From an uncultured Gemmatimonadaceae bacterium (GTDB lineage Bacteria; Gemmatimonadota; Gemmatimonadetes; Gemmatimonadales; Gemmatimonadaceae), in NCBI GenBank assembly GCA_963817955.1, contig CAWFQK010000004.1, positions 160,001 to 224,000 on the forward strand: DNA of 64,000 nt. Reading direction: 5' to 3'. Of this stretch, positions 29,198 to 38,926 are shown piece after piece. Within the stretch, counting starts at the first letter, position 1. Each line of letters starts with the position of its first letter. The position numbers were made by a program, and so were the translations under genes. The notes beneath the pieces are model-generated. The model saw only the letters and a list, made by a program, of their open reading frames with translations. It was not told where the DNA came from and ran no database searches.

Positions 29198-30264
29198 CGA
29201 CGCCTCTGACGCGCCGCCACCGTGTTGCGGTTCTAGGCGCCACCGGAGCCGTGGGACAGGCTTTCGTCCGGCTGCTGGCGAATCATCCGTGGTTCGAGTT
29301 GGCCGAGCTTGCTGCATCGGAGCGGTCCGCGGGCAAGCCGTACGCCCAGGCGACGCGCTGGATTGGCTCTGACGAGATGCCCGCCTCGGTGGCGGGAATG
29401 ACCGTACAGCCGTGCGATCCGGCGCACATTTCCGCGGACATTGTGTTCTCGGCGCTCGATTCAGCCGTGGCCGGCGACGCCGAGCCAGCGTTCGCGCGCG
29501 CCGGCAAGGTCGTACTGACGAACGCCAAGAACTACCGCATGGACCCGGATGTGCCGCTCGTGATCGCCGAGGTCAATCCCTCCCACCTCGACATTCTCGA
29601 GGCGCAGCGGCGCGGCCGCGGGTGGAGTGGTGCGATCGTGGCGAACGGCAACTGTGCATCGATCGTGGCCGCGCTGGCGCTGGCGCCAATCCATGAGCGC
29701 TTTGGTATTGCGAAACTCATGGTCATGACGATGCAGGCGGTGTCCGGCGCTGGGTACCCGGGTGTGCCGACGCTCGACATTCTCGGAAACGTCATTCCGT
29801 TCATCAATGACGAAGAGCCCAAGATCGAGACCGAGATTCAGAAGTTCCTCGGCACTACCAGCGGTCCGACCATTGCCCACGCTGCGTTCCCGGTGAGCGC
29901 ACACGCGAACCGTGTTCCCGTCGAGCACGGTCATACCATCTGCATGTCGATCGCGCTCAAGACCAAGGCGGATGCCGGCGCGGTGGAACGCGCCATCGCC
30001 GACTGGCGCGGCGCGGAATCGGCGCGCAAGCTGCCGACTGCGCCGGCGCGTCCGGTAGTTCTCACCGCACGGCCGGACCAGCCGCAGCCGCGCCGCCAGG
30101 TGAACACCGGCAACGGCATGACTGTCGTCGTCGGACGCGTGCGCGCCGATCCAATCTTCGACGTGAAACTCGTCGCCATGGGACACAACGTGGTGCGCGG
30201 TGCGGCCGGCGCTTCGGTGCTGAACGCCGAGCTCATGGTGCACCGCGGCCTGCTCGACGGCTGA
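29194..30264 (+). CDS. asd: Aspartate-semialdehyde dehydrogenase
   Basis: GATGAVG, NGNC, QAVSGAG, NRVPVEHGH, HNVVRGAAG. Confidence 0.95.
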   Translation: MTTPLTRRHRVAVLGATGAVGQAFVRLLANHPWFELAELAASERSAGKPYAQATRWIGSDEMPASVAGMTVQPCDPAHISADIVFSALDSAVAGDAEPAFARAGKVVLTNAKNYRMDPDVPLVIAEVNPSHLDILEAQRRGRGWSGAIVANGNCASIVAALALAPIHERFGIAKLMVMTMQAVSGAGYPGVPTLDILGNVIPFINDEEPKIETEIQKFLGTTSGPTIAHAAFPVSAHANRVPVEHGHTICMSIALKTKADAGAVERAIADWRGAESARKLPTAPARPVVLTARPDQPQPRRQVNTGNGMTVVVGRVRADPIFDVKLVAMGHNVVRGAAGASVLNAELMVHRGLLDG

Positions 30265-31625
30265 TGATCGTTCTCAAATTCGGCGGAACGTCCGTCGGTG
30301 ACGCCGAAGCCATCACGCGGACGGGACGCATCGTGGCGACGCGCGCCAACGCAGGCGCCATTGTCGTGGTGTCGGCGCTCGGGGGCGTCACGAACGCGCT
30401 CCTCTCGATTGCCGAGCACGCCGTCAAGCGAAACCTGATCGGCGCGCTGCGGGGCGTGGAAGCGCTGCGTGAGCGACATCTCGAGCAGGCGGAACTGCTG
30501 CTCGGCGCCACCGACGAATGTGCCGACACGTGCGCTGAATTGAGCGTCATGATCGACGAGCTGGCCCAGCTCGCCGAGGCGCTGGCAACGCTCGGCGATC
30601 TGACACCGCGCAGCCTCGACGCCATCGCGTCGTTGGGCGAGAAGATGTCCTCATTGTTGTGCGTTGCCGCATTCAAGCAGTTGGGCGTTCCAGCCGTGCA
30701 CGTGGACGCATGCGACGTCATGATCACCGATGCCACGTTCACGCGCGCCGAGCCACAGACCGAAGCCATCGCCGCGGCCTGCCGCACGGCGATCCTCCCG
30801 CTCGTTCGCGCGGGTCAGGTGCCGGTGCTGGGCGGTTTCATCGGATCCGTGGAGGGCACCGGGATCACCACCACGCTCGGCCGCGGTGGCAGCGACTACA
30901 GCGCCTCGTTGATCGGCGCGGCCGTGCACGCCGACGCCATCGAGATCTGGACCGACGTGGACGGCATGCTCACGGCCGATCCACGGGTGGTGCCGGGGGC
31001 GCAACTCATAGAGCAGATCGCGTTCGACGAAGCATCGGAACTGGCATCGTTCGGCGCGAAGGTATTGCACCCGAACACCATTGCGCCCGCGGTGCGGCTC
31101 GGCATTCCGGTGTACGTGCTGAATTCGCGGCGGCCCCACGGCACGGGCACCAAGATCACGTTCGACGCACCCAAGCGGCCGGTGAGCGCCATCGCCGGCA
31201 AGAACAACGTATCGCTGGTGAAGGTCGGCTCGTCGCGCATGCTGCTCACGGAGGGATTTCTCCGGGCGCTCTTTGAGATCTTCGAACGACACCGCACGTC
31301 GGTGGACGTCGTCGCTACGTCGGAGGTGTCGGTGTCACTCACGGTCGACGACTCGTCGCGCCTCGAGATGATTCTGTCCGATCTGCGCGCGCTTGGCGAC
31401 GTCGCGGTCGAGCGCAATCGTGGCATCGTCGCGGTCGTTGGCGGATCCATCTCCGACGGTGGCGAGACGATGGCGCGCGCACTGCACGCAATCGGCGGCG
31501 TCCGTGTGCACATGCTGTCGCTCAGCGCCACGGGCATCAACCTGACCATGGTGGTGGATGACGAGCACGTGCAGCCGGCAATCCAACGGCTACACGCCGC
31601 GTTCTTTGGCGGAGGAGCAACATGA
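30264..31625 (+). CDS. lysC: Aspartate kinase
   Basis: KFGGTSV, TTLGRGGSDYSA, WTDVDG, GAKVLHP, two ACT domains. Confidence 0.95.
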   Translation: MIVLKFGGTSVGDAEAITRTGRIVATRANAGAIVVVSALGGVTNALLSIAEHAVKRNLIGALRGVEALRERHLEQAELLLGATDECADTCAELSVMIDELAQLAEALATLGDLTPRSLDAIASLGEKMSSLLCVAAFKQLGVPAVHVDACDVMITDATFTRAEPQTEAIAAACRTAILPLVRAGQVPVLGGFIGSVEGTGITTTLGRGGSDYSASLIGAAVHADAIEIWTDVDGMLTADPRVVPGAQLIEQIAFDEASELASFGAKVLHPNTIAPAVRLGIPVYVLNSRRPHGTGTKITFDAPKRPVSAIAGKNNVSLVKVGSSRMLLTEGFLRALFEIFERHRTSVDVVATSEVSVSLTVDDSSRLEMILSDLRALGDVAVERNRGIVAVVGGSISDGGETMARALHAIGGVRVHMLSLSATGINLTMVVDDEHVQPAIQRLHAAFFGGGAT

Positions 31626-32329
31626 CGCGTCGGTTGGCGATCGTCGGCATGGGAAAGATGGGTCACGCCGTCAGCGAGCTTGCACCGTCGCGCGGGTGGG
31701 ACGTGGTGGCTCGGCTCGACGCAGCGGCCACGAAACAGGGCATTACCAGAGAGGCGTTGGCCGGTGCAGACGTGGCGGTGGAGTTCACGACGCCCAGCGC
31801 CGCGCCGGCGAACATTCGCGCCCTCGTGGCAGCGCATTGTCCAGTGGTGGTCGGCACCACCGGGTGGTACGATGCCATGCCGAGCCTGCGCCAGGACGTG
31901 GAGGCGGATAATGGTGCGCTGCTCGCGGCAGCGAATTTCTCCCTTGGCGTGAACATCTTCGAGCAGATCGTGGAGACCGCGGCGCGCCTGTTATCGCGCG
32001 CACCTGGATTCGAAGCGCAACTCATCGAGACGCACCACTCGGCCAAGAAGGACGCACCGTCCGGCACGGCGATCACCCTTGGACGGGCAGCGTCGGCCGC
32101 GTGGGGACACGACATTCCCATCGCGAGCATTCGCACAGGCTCGGTGCCCGGCACACACGAATTTCTCTTCGACGCACCGTTCGAGCAGATTCATCTGGAG
32201 CACATCGCGCGCGATCGCCGCGTCTTCGCGGAAGGCGCGCTCGTCGCCGCGGCCTGGCTCATCGGCCGTCACGGTGTGTTCACCATGCGCGACGTACTCT
32301 CGACCTCAGCAAGCGAGCACAGATCATGA
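31622..32329 (+). CDS. dapB: 4-hydroxy-tetrahydrodipicolinate reductase
   Basis: GMGKMG, VVGTTG, NFSLGV, ETHHSAKKDAPSGTA. Confidence 0.95.
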   Translation: MTRRLAIVGMGKMGHAVSELAPSRGWDVVARLDAAATKQGITREALAGADVAVEFTTPSAAPANIRALVAAHCPVVVGTTGWYDAMPSLRQDVEADNGALLAAANFSLGVNIFEQIVETAARLLSRAPGFEAQLIETHHSAKKDAPSGTAITLGRAASAAWGHDIPIASIRTGSVPGTHEFLFDAPFEQIHLEHIARDRRVFAEGALVAAAWLIGRHGVFTMRDVLSTSASEHRS

Positions 32330-33216
32330 CGGCACACCGACTCACGGGCTGCGGCACGGCACTCGTGACGCCGTTCACCACGAAGGGCGCCATCGATGAA
32401 GCCGCGCTGCGTGCGCTGGTGGATTGGCAGATCGAGGAAGGGATTCACTTTCTCGTTCCCTGCGGCAGCACGGGCGAGGCGGCAACGATGACCCTCGACG
32501 AACACCGCCGCACGGTGGAGATCGTCGTGGAGCAGGCGCGCGGGCGCGTCCCGATCGTGGCGGGCGCCGGCAGCAACGATACGCAGAAGGCCATCGCCCT
32601 GTCGACGATGATGCGCGACGTGGGTGCGACGCATTTGCTGCACAGCTCCCCCATGTACAACAAGCCGCCGCAGCGCGGCATCGTCGCGCATTTTCGCGCC
32701 ATCGCTCAGGCGGTGGACCTGCCGATCGTGATCTACAACGTGCCCGGACGCACCGGCAGCAACGTGGAAGCAAAGACGACGCTCGAGATGGCCAGCATCC
32801 CGGGCATTGCGGCGGTGAAGGAAGCATCCGGACAACTCGCCCAGGTTGCCGACATCATTCGTGGCCGTCCCGCGGCGTTCTCCGTGCTCTCTGGCGATGA
32901 CGAGTTGACGCTCCCAGTCATGGCATTGGGCGGCGACGGCATCGTATCAGTTGTCTCGAACGTCACGCCCAAGCTCATGGCTCAGCTCTGCAACACGATG
33001 CGCGACGGTGATCACGCCGCGGCACGCGACATTCATTTCCGCCTGCTCCCCTGGATGCGCGCCGCGTTCATCGAATCCAATCCGCTGCCCGTCAAGGCGG
33101 CGCTGGCCATGATGGGCCGCATCCAGAACGTGCTGCGATTGCCGCTCGTCCCCATGAACGACTCGAACAATGCCGCGGTGCGCTCGGCGCTCCAGACGGC
33201 GGGTGCCATCGCGTGA
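32326..33216 (+). CDS. dapA: 4-hydroxy-tetrahydrodipicolinate synthase
   Basis: ALVTPF, CGSTGE, YNVPGRTG, KEASG, SGDD, ESNP.PVK. Confidence 0.96.
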   Translation: MTAHRLTGCGTALVTPFTTKGAIDEAALRALVDWQIEEGIHFLVPCGSTGEAATMTLDEHRRTVEIVVEQARGRVPIVAGAGSNDTQKAIALSTMMRDVGATHLLHSSPMYNKPPQRGIVAHFRAIAQAVDLPIVIYNVPGRTGSNVEAKTTLEMASIPGIAAVKEASGQLAQVADIIRGRPAAFSVLSGDDELTLPVMALGGDGIVSVVSNVTPKLMAQLCNTMRDGDHAAARDIHFRLLPWMRAAFIESNPLPVKAALAMMGRIQNVLRLPLVPMNDSNNAAVRSALQTAGAIA

Positions 33217-34055
33217 CACCTGACGGGCTCGAGCAACGCATCAACGAGTTTGCTGCGACGCCGGCGGGCGTCATCCTGTCTGGCGAAGCGGAGAAGGACG
33301 TGAGCTCGCTGCTCGCCGCGCTCGAGCGCGGGGACGTGCGGGCCGCCGAGCGCAGCGAGGACGGGTCATGGCACGCGGTGGGTTGGGTGAAACGTGGGAT
33401 TCTACTTGGCTTTCGCGTCGGTCACCTACGAGAGTTCGGCGGCGGCGTCCTGGCATTCGTCGACAAGCACACGTATCCCGTCCGGCGCTTCTCCGCTGAT
33501 GAGAACGTGCGCGTTGTACCGGGTGGTTCATCCATTCGCCGGGGCGCGTATGTCGCCTCCGGCGTGGTGTGCATGCCGCCCATGTACATCAACGTCGGCG
33601 CCTATGTGGACACGGGCACGATGGTCGACTCGCATGCACTCGTTGGCTCCTGTGCACAGATCGGCAAGCGGGTGCACCTGAGCGCGGCGGCGCAGATCGG
33701 CGGCGTGCTCGAGCCGATAAACGCCGCGCCAGTGGTGATCGAAGACGACGTCCTCGTGGGCGGCAACTGTGGCGTCTATGAGGGCACCATCGTGCGTGCA
33801 CGGGCAGTGCTCGCGGCCGGCGTCATCCTCACGCGCGGCACGCCGGTGTTCGACCTCGTCAAGGAAACCGTGTACCGCGGCAGCGCGGACCGGCCATTAG
33901 AGATCCCCGAAGGCGCCGTCGTGGTGCCTGGCACGCGCGCCATCAAGGATGGATGGGGCGCAGCGCAGCAGCTCGGCCTGCAAGCGCCCGTCATCGTCAA
34001 GTATCGCGACGACAAGACCGATCTGGCGACCACGCTGGAGGGATGGTTGCGATGA
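33213..34055 (+). CDS. dapD: Tetrahydrodipicolinate N-succinyltransferase
   Basis: WVKRGILL, RVVPG, GSCAQIG, IGGVLEP, hexapeptide repeats. Confidence 0.93.
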   Translation: MTPDGLEQRINEFAATPAGVILSGEAEKDVSSLLAALERGDVRAAERSEDGSWHAVGWVKRGILLGFRVGHLREFGGGVLAFVDKHTYPVRRFSADENVRVVPGGSSIRRGAYVASGVVCMPPMYINVGAYVDTGTMVDSHALVGSCAQIGKRVHLSAAAQIGGVLEPINAAPVVIEDDVLVGGNCGVYEGTIVRARAVLAAGVILTRGTPVFDLVKETVYRGSADRPLEIPEGAVVVPGTRAIKDGWGAAQQLGLQAPVIVKYRDDKTDLATTLEGWLR

Positions 34056-35311
34056 AGGTCTCGGGTTCGCTGCGCGTACCGGGCGACAAGTCAATCTCGC
34101 ACCGTTCGTTGATCCTGAGCGCACTGGCCGACGGGAGCTCACGCGTCACGGGCATTCTCCAGTCGGCCGATGTGCATTCCACGGCTGGCGTCCTCCGCAC
34201 GCTCGGCGTGAGCATTCCCGAGCTGTCGCCGGACTTCGTCGTGCACGGAGTGGGGAGACGGGGACTGCGCCAGCCGGAACGTCCGCTCGCTTGCGGCAAC
34301 AGCGGCACCACAACGCGCCTCATGGCCGGCGTCGTGGCCGCGAGTGCCATGCACGCCACCTTCGTCGGCGATGACAGTCTGAGTCGTCGCCCCATGCGTC
34401 GTGTCGCACGACCGCTCGAGGCGATGGGTGCGCGCGTCGACCTCCCGGCGCACGGCGGACTGCCTATGACCATTCATGGCGGAACGCTGCACGACGTCGA
34501 GTGGAAGAGCGAAGTGGCCAGTGCACAGATCAAGAGCGCCATCGTGCTTGCCGCTGTCGTCGCGGGCGTTCATGCATCAGTCACCGAGCCGTCCCGGTCG
34601 CGCGATCACACCGAACGCATGCTCCAGGCGCGTGGTGCCTCGGTTACCGTGGAAGGCACACGGGTGACCATTGCGGCGTTGACGGCCTTGCATCCGCTCG
34701 ACGTGGCGGTGCCGGGCGATCCATCGTCTGCCGCATTCTTCGCCGGCCTGGCGGCATTGGCGGACGAGGGCGAGCTGAGGCTCGATCATGTCTGCGTCAA
34801 CGAAACGCGGGCGGGATTCCTGACCCAGCTCAAACGCATGGGCGCCAGCGTCACGCAGGAGAACCGCCGGCTGGAGGGCGGGGAATGGGTCGCTGATCTC
34901 ATCGTTCGCCCGGGAACGCTCAGCGGAACCACGGTGAGTGAGGCGGACGTGCCGTCGATGATCGACGAACTGCCGCTTCTCGCCTGCCTTGGCGCTCGCG
35001 CCCAAGGCGAAACGGTCATTACCGGTGCAAGCGAGCTGCGGGTGAAGGAAAGCGACCGCATCACCGCCGTCGTCGAGAATCTGCGCGCCATTGGCGCCGA
35101 CGCCGAGGAACTGCCCGACGGCATGCGCACCGTGGGGTCGGATAGGCCACTGGGCGGGAGAGTCATCACGCACGGGGATCACCGACTGGCCATGGCCTTT
35201 GGTGTACTCGGCGCCGTCCCAGGGAATGCCATCGAGATCGATGATCCCGATTGCGTTGCCGTCTCCTTCCCCGGCTTCTGGTCCGACCTTGCCCGTGCCC
35301 ACTCCAGCTAA
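34052..35311 (+). CDS. aroA: EPSP synthase
   Basis: PGDKSISHR, CGNSGTT, SAQIKS, RDHTE, RVKESDR, DHRLAM. Confidence 0.96.
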   Translation: MKVSGSLRVPGDKSISHRSLILSALADGSSRVTGILQSADVHSTAGVLRTLGVSIPELSPDFVVHGVGRRGLRQPERPLACGNSGTTTRLMAGVVAASAMHATFVGDDSLSRRPMRRVARPLEAMGARVDLPAHGGLPMTIHGGTLHDVEWKSEVASAQIKSAIVLAAVVAGVHASVTEPSRSRDHTERMLQARGASVTVEGTRVTIAALTALHPLDVAVPGDPSSAAFFAGLAALADEGELRLDHVCVNETRAGFLTQLKRMGASVTQENRRLEGGEWVADLIVRPGTLSGTTVSEADVPSMIDELPLLACLGARAQGETVITGASELRVKESDRITAVVENLRAIGADAEELPDGMRTVGSDRPLGGRVITHGDHRLAMAFGVLGAVPGNAIEIDDPDCVAVSFPGFWSDLARAHSS

Positions 35312-36019
35312 TTGCCCGTGACTGATCGGATCGCGCAAAATTTCGTCATTGCCATCGACGGCCCCGCGGCGTCGGGGAAATCGTCCACCGCGCAGTGGGT
35401 GGCGCGGCAGTTGTCCTATTACCACGTGGATTCGGGCGCACTGTATCGCGCGGCGACCGCCGTGCAGCTCGTCGCCGGCGCGCCGCTCGATACCTGGACA
35501 GAGGAGCAGGTGCTCGGGGGCACCTCCCGCATCACCTTCGTGCCGGCCGATTCCACGTTCGTGCCGCTGATCGACGGCGCGCCGGCGGACGAGGCGCTTC
35601 GGGGAACCGAAGTGACCCATAACGTGTCACGGGTGGCGCGAATGCCGCGGGTGCGTGCGTGGGTGAACGCCGAGGTGCGGCGCGCCGCGGACTCGCACAA
35701 CGTGGTGGTGGACGGACGCGACATCGGCACGGTGGTCTTTCCCGATGCTCAACTGAAGGTGTTTCTGATCGCCGATCCGTGGGAGCGGGCTCGGCGGCGC
35801 CTGATCCAGCGTCTCGGGTATCAGCCGAACGACGCCGACATCGCCACGGAAACGGACCTGATTGTGCATCGTGACGCGAAGGATGCCACGCAGACCGTGC
35901 AGGCGACCGACGCGGTGCTGATCGACACGACCTACCTGACGCAGGCCGATCAGGTGGAGCGGATCGTAGCCCTGGCGAAGGCCGTAACTCACCGTCCCGG
36001 CGAGACTTCCGCTAGTTGA
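35312..36019 (+). CDS. cmk: Cytidylate kinase
   Basis: IAIDGPAASGKS, DSGALYR, DGRDIGTVVFP. Confidence 0.95.
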   Translation: MPVTDRIAQNFVIAIDGPAASGKSSTAQWVARQLSYYHVDSGALYRAATAVQLVAGAPLDTWTEEQVLGGTSRITFVPADSTFVPLIDGAPADEALRGTEVTHNVSRVARMPRVRAWVNAEVRRAADSHNVVVDGRDIGTVVFPDAQLKVFLIADPWERARRRLIQRLGYQPNDADIATETDLIVHRDAKDATQTVQATDAVLIDTTYLTQADQVERIVALAKAVTHRPGETSAS

Positions 36020-36044
36020 CGGCCAAGTAGGCCCAGCGTATCTT
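36016..36044 (+). promoter_or_regulatory. Putative sigma70 promoter for rpsA
   Basis: TTGACG-N17-TATCTT. Confidence 0.55.
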
Positions 36045-36158
36045 TGAAGGTTCACATCGACCGTTATCCAGAGCGTCGCTCTGGGGGGGACGGCGCATCC
36101 GCAACCTCGTCGCGGCGAGCCTAAACACTCCGCGGTTCCTGAGGAGATTCTCTTTCGC

Positions 36159-37970
36159 ATGTCAGAGCTCGAAACCCCAATTGCCCCAACCGGCACGGCC
36201 ACTGAGCGCGAAAAGCGCGATGCCCAGCGCGCCCAGCTTCGCCCGCTTGCCAACCGTCGCCCCGAATTGTACGACGAAGACGAGTACTCATCGGTCGAAT
36301 ATGAAACGATGATGGAACTCTATAACGGTACGCTCGCGTCGATCGACGAGGGTGAGATCGTGAAGAGTACCGTGCTCGCCATTCGCGACAACATGGTCGT
36401 GCTGGACATCGGCTTCAAGTCGGAAGGCAGCGTTCCCCTCGAAGAGTTCAAGGACCATCCGGATCTCAAGCCGGGTGACATCGTCGAAGTCCTGCTCGAG
36501 CATCTCGAGGACCAGGAAGGCTCCGTCGTTCTGTCCAAGAAGAAAGCCGACTTCATGCGCGTGTGGGAGAAGATCCGCCTCGCGTATGAGAACGATCAGC
36601 CGGTCGAAGGCACGCTCGTCAAGAAGATCAAGGGCGGTGTCGTGGTGGACCTCATGGGCGTGGACGCGTTCCTGCCGGGTTCACAGATCGCGCTCCGCCG
36701 CGTGCCGAACATCGACGAGCTCCTGGGGCAGCAGTTCGAGTTCAAGATCATCAAGCTGAACAAGCGCCGGCGGAACATCGTCGTGTCGCGCCGCGTGATC
36801 CTCGAGAACGAGCGGGCGGGCAAGCGGGAAAAGCTCATGAAGGAGCTCGAGAAGGATCAGGTGCGGAAGGGTATCGTCAAGAACATCACCGACTTCGGTG
36901 CATTCATCGATCTCGGCGGCGTCGACGGCCTGCTTCACATCACCGACATGTCGTGGGGCCGCATCGCGCATCCGTCCGAGCTCGTGCAGATCGGCGCGGA
37001 GCTCGAGGTCAAGGTGCTCGACATCGACTGGACGCGCGAGCGGATCAGCCTCGGTCTCAAGCAGCTCCAGAGCTACCCGTGGAAGGACGTCGCCGAGAAG
37101 TATCCGGTCGGCACGCGCGTCGCGGGCAAGGTGGTCTCGATCACGAACTACGGCGCCTTCATCGAGCTCGAGCCGGGCATTGAAGGCCTCGTGCACATCA
37201 GCGAGATGAGCTGGACGCGCAATGTCCGTCATCCGAGCAAGCTGGTGTCGATCGGGGAGACGATCGAGGCAGTCGTCCTCAAGGTCGATCCGAACGAAGA
37301 GAAGATCTCGCTCGGCATGAAGCAGACGGAGCAGGATCCGTGGATGGTGCTGCCGCTCAAGTACCCGGTGGGCACACGCATCTCCGGCAAGGTCCGCAAC
37401 CTCACGAGCTTCGGCGCGTTCGTCGAGATCGAGCCGGGCATCGACGGCCTGATTCACATTTCCGACATGAGCTGGACCAAGCGCGTACAGCATCCGTCGG
37501 AAGTGGTGAAGAAGGGTGACTCGGTGGAAGTAGTCATCCTCAACATCGACAGCGAGAACAAGCGCATCAGCCTCGGCCTCAAGCAGGCGGAGGAGGATCC
37601 GTGGCTGCGGATTGGTGAGACCTACCCGGTCGGCACCGATCTCACGGGCACGGTGGTGCGCCTCATGGACAAGGGCGTCGTCGTCGACATCGGCAACGAT
37701 ATCGAAGGCTTCGTTCCGCTGTCGCAGCTCGCCCTGGGTGGCGCGGTCGTGACCAGCCCGGCGGACGTCGTCTACGAGACCATGCGTCTCGAGATGCGCG
37801 TGCTCGAGGTGGACCCGATTCACCGTCGCATCGTGCTCGGCGTGACGAACATTCCAGAAGAGCAGCCGCCGCGTCCCGAGACGCCGTCGAAGATCATCCC
37901 GATGGAATCGGAGCACGACATGGGGTATCCGCCGGCACCGGGAGACCTCTCGGCCGAAGACATCGAGTAA
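36159..37970 (+). CDS. rpsA: 30S ribosomal protein S1
   Basis: Six S1 repeats; AFLPGSQ, DGLLHITDMSW, EGLVHISEMSW. Confidence 0.97.
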   Translation: MSELETPIAPTGTATEREKRDAQRAQLRPLANRRPELYDEDEYSSVEYETMMELYNGTLASIDEGEIVKSTVLAIRDNMVVLDIGFKSEGSVPLEEFKDHPDLKPGDIVEVLLEHLEDQEGSVVLSKKKADFMRVWEKIRLAYENDQPVEGTLVKKIKGGVVVDLMGVDAFLPGSQIALRRVPNIDELLGQQFEFKIIKLNKRRRNIVVSRRVILENERAGKREKLMKELEKDQVRKGIVKNITDFGAFIDLGGVDGLLHITDMSWGRIAHPSELVQIGAELEVKVLDIDWTRERISLGLKQLQSYPWKDVAEKYPVGTRVAGKVVSITNYGAFIELEPGIEGLVHISEMSWTRNVRHPSKLVSIGETIEAVVLKVDPNEEKISLGMKQTEQDPWMVLPLKYPVGTRISGKVRNLTSFGAFVEIEPGIDGLIHISDMSWTKRVQHPSEVVKKGDSVEVVILNIDSENKRISLGLKQAEEDPWLRIGETYPVGTDLTGTVVRLMDKGVVVDIGNDIEGFVPLSQLALGGAVVTSPADVVYETMRLEMRVLEVDPIHRRIVLGVTNIPEEQPPRPETPSKIIPMESEHDMGYPPAPGDLSAEDIE

Positions 37971-37989
37971 TCGCTGGTGCAGTGCAACG

Positions 37990-38020
37990 AAGACGCCCCC
38001 GGAATTCCGGGGGCGTTTTT
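37990..38020 (+). terminator. Intrinsic terminator of rpsA
   Basis: GACGCCCCCGG-aatt-CCGGGGGCGTTTTT. Confidence 0.85.
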
Positions 38021-38063
38021 GCGTCGGTGACTTGAGCCCGGACGGCGTAGACATCATATAGAA

Positions 38064-38900
38064 CGGGTGAGCGGTAGCCGACGTCAACGCATCACGCACC
38101 ACGCACCACTGCAAACTCGAACCTCGCCGACCGGCGGGCCGGCCGGTACGGAGCCGCCAGCGGCACCCAGCCGGTCAGAACCTGGAGTCCAATCCAAGCC
38201 GCACCGACCGGCTGTGGCGCCAGGCTCCCGAGCGCGGCGCAACGTGCTCTCGCCGCGGTTTCTGGCCTCCGACCGCGGCGCCACGTGCTCTCGCCGCGGT
38301 TTCTGGCCTCCGACCACGGCGCCACGGACGCAACTCGCGGCGTAGTCGCATCCGGCGCGGCGCGCCGGCGGAAAGCGTGTGTGCGTGCGGGGCCATCCGC
38401 GGCACGGCTCAAATTTCGGCGGCATCCGACCGGCGCGCGCGGCAACACCGGTTGTCCTTGCGCCTACCCGACCGACTTGGACTGGCACGGCCGCCGCTCG
38501 CGCGGTACGCCGACTTCATCTTGCGGAGTTCTGCGGCCTGCGCGCGGCATGCGGATCGATAGCGCGGCATGCGGATCGATAGCGCGGCACGCAGATCGAT
38601 AGCGCGGCATGGCGGATCAAGGCCGCGGCACGTTCGAGAACCGCGCGCGGCAGCGTTACTTTGGCCGCGGCCGAGTAACGGCCACCCGCGGCGGGCCAGG
38701 ATCGGGGCGCGGTGGCTTCATTCCGGTTAACAATCGCCCACATTCCGAGACGTCCACGGCCGGTGCAGCGTGGATTGGACTCCGGACTTTGACCGGCTGG
38801 ACCCCAACGCCCGTCTCCCGATCGTTGCTCCGGTCCGCGCGGATCGAGTTGTCAGTAGTGAGCCATGCGTGGTGCGTTGACCTCGGCTACCGCTCACCCG
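38064..38900. repeat. Foldback/MITE-like element with ~145-bp imperfect terminal inverted arms and internal tandem repeats
   Basis: 38064-38210 vs reverse complement of 38757-38900; outer 27 bp match 26/27. Confidence 0.75.
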
Positions 38901-38926
38901 CACATCCCCGCTTAGTTTCCACACCT

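Noticed and set aside
38233..38631. CRISPR array
   Set aside because: Units abut with no unique spacers; no cas genes in window
38609..38926. 106-aa N-terminal extension of pccB
   Set aside because: Lies in the inverted-repeat arm; recognisable homology starts at 38927
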